Source: Lingula anatina (Eukaryota > Animalia > Brachiopoda). Taken from it: a stretch of 64,000 bases of DNA. The stretch lies in the NCBI GenBank assembly GCA_051362555.1, contig CM120641.1:18290001-18354000 (forward strand). The letters are read 5' to 3'. The notes beneath the pieces were generated by a model, which ran no database searches, was not told the DNA's origin, and saw only the letters and a list, made by a program, of their open reading frames with translations. Below, piece by piece: positions 51,830 through 64,000 of this stretch. Position numbers and translations under genes: made by a program. Every line of letters starts with the position of its first letter. Position 1 is the first letter of the stretch.

Positions 51830-52098
51830 CCACGTTGCCGTTCACCTCAGCCAACGAGATAATTAACCCCTAGTAAAATTTTTACCTCCTTTTGGTGCAT
51901 ACTGACACAGCACGGTCGCGAGAGAAAAAGTACTTTCACCGCCTAAAATATTCCGTTTCCATCTTTTTCCATGCAAAAAACATTAACCAGCATTGGCCTA
52001 CTACAGTCCTCGTTTCATATATCGGTCACATATCGCGCGTGAAATATATACGTACTTCCGGTGTGCGCAGGAAATCTGGATTTCGCGCGAAAGTGGGG

Positions 52099-52100
<2 letters not shown>
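51830..52100. promoter_or_regulatory. CpG-rich promoter of ADSS with E2F-like palindrome and ETS-like site
   Basis: Marked local CpG enrichment against a CpG-poor background; TTTCGCGCGAAA at 52081-52092; ACTTCCGG at 52054-52061; ATTGG near 51992. Confidence 0.65.
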
Positions 52101-63781
<11,681 letters not shown>

Positions 63782-64000
63782 GTAAGTTTATGACAAGAAT
63801 TGTTTTTATAGTTTTTGTGAATAAGTAAAATGTCTTTTGTCATAATATATGTACATGTTTTATTTTGTAATGTATCTAAAAGGGAAAACAGCTCTTCCTT
63901 TGCCATTGAAAATTCCACAAGTACATGGTAAACAACACACAAATATAAATTCCTTTTCACTACCAAAATGACGGTTATCGCAATTAGTCTGAAATCTGTG

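Overview
AT-rich, intron-rich animal genomic DNA, probably an invertebrate (lophotrochozoan/mollusc-like; inferred from the repeat types). Most short ORFs in the supplied track are spurious, so the genes below were assembled by hand from GT-AG splice sites and reading phase. Five protein-coding loci are supported. (1) A + strand gene for a type II membrane protein of about 525 aa (Tyr/Pro-rich cytoplasmic tail, TM helix, coiled coil, mini-collagen, 6-Cys C-terminal domain), with alternative first coding exons and a candidate 21-nt microexon. (2, 3) Two tandem - strand betaine-homocysteine S-methyltransferase (BHMT)-like paralogs. One has an extra N-terminal exon resembling a mitochondrial targeting peptide and the other does not. 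Both share substitutions at substrate-binding positions. (4) The 5' part of adenylosuccinate synthetase (ADSS, + strand), behind a CpG-rich, possibly bidirectional promoter. (5) An antisense gene with a single coding exon for an unrecognised 5-TM protein, nested in an ADSS intron. Repeats include Helentron/HINE-like elements carrying ~160-bp tandem arrays (two long inverted copies), PIF/Harbinger-, Tc1/mariner- and hAT-like MITEs, and microsatellites. The best candidate for a new system is the compartment-split (mitochondrial + cytosolic), possibly substrate-shifted BHMT pair.
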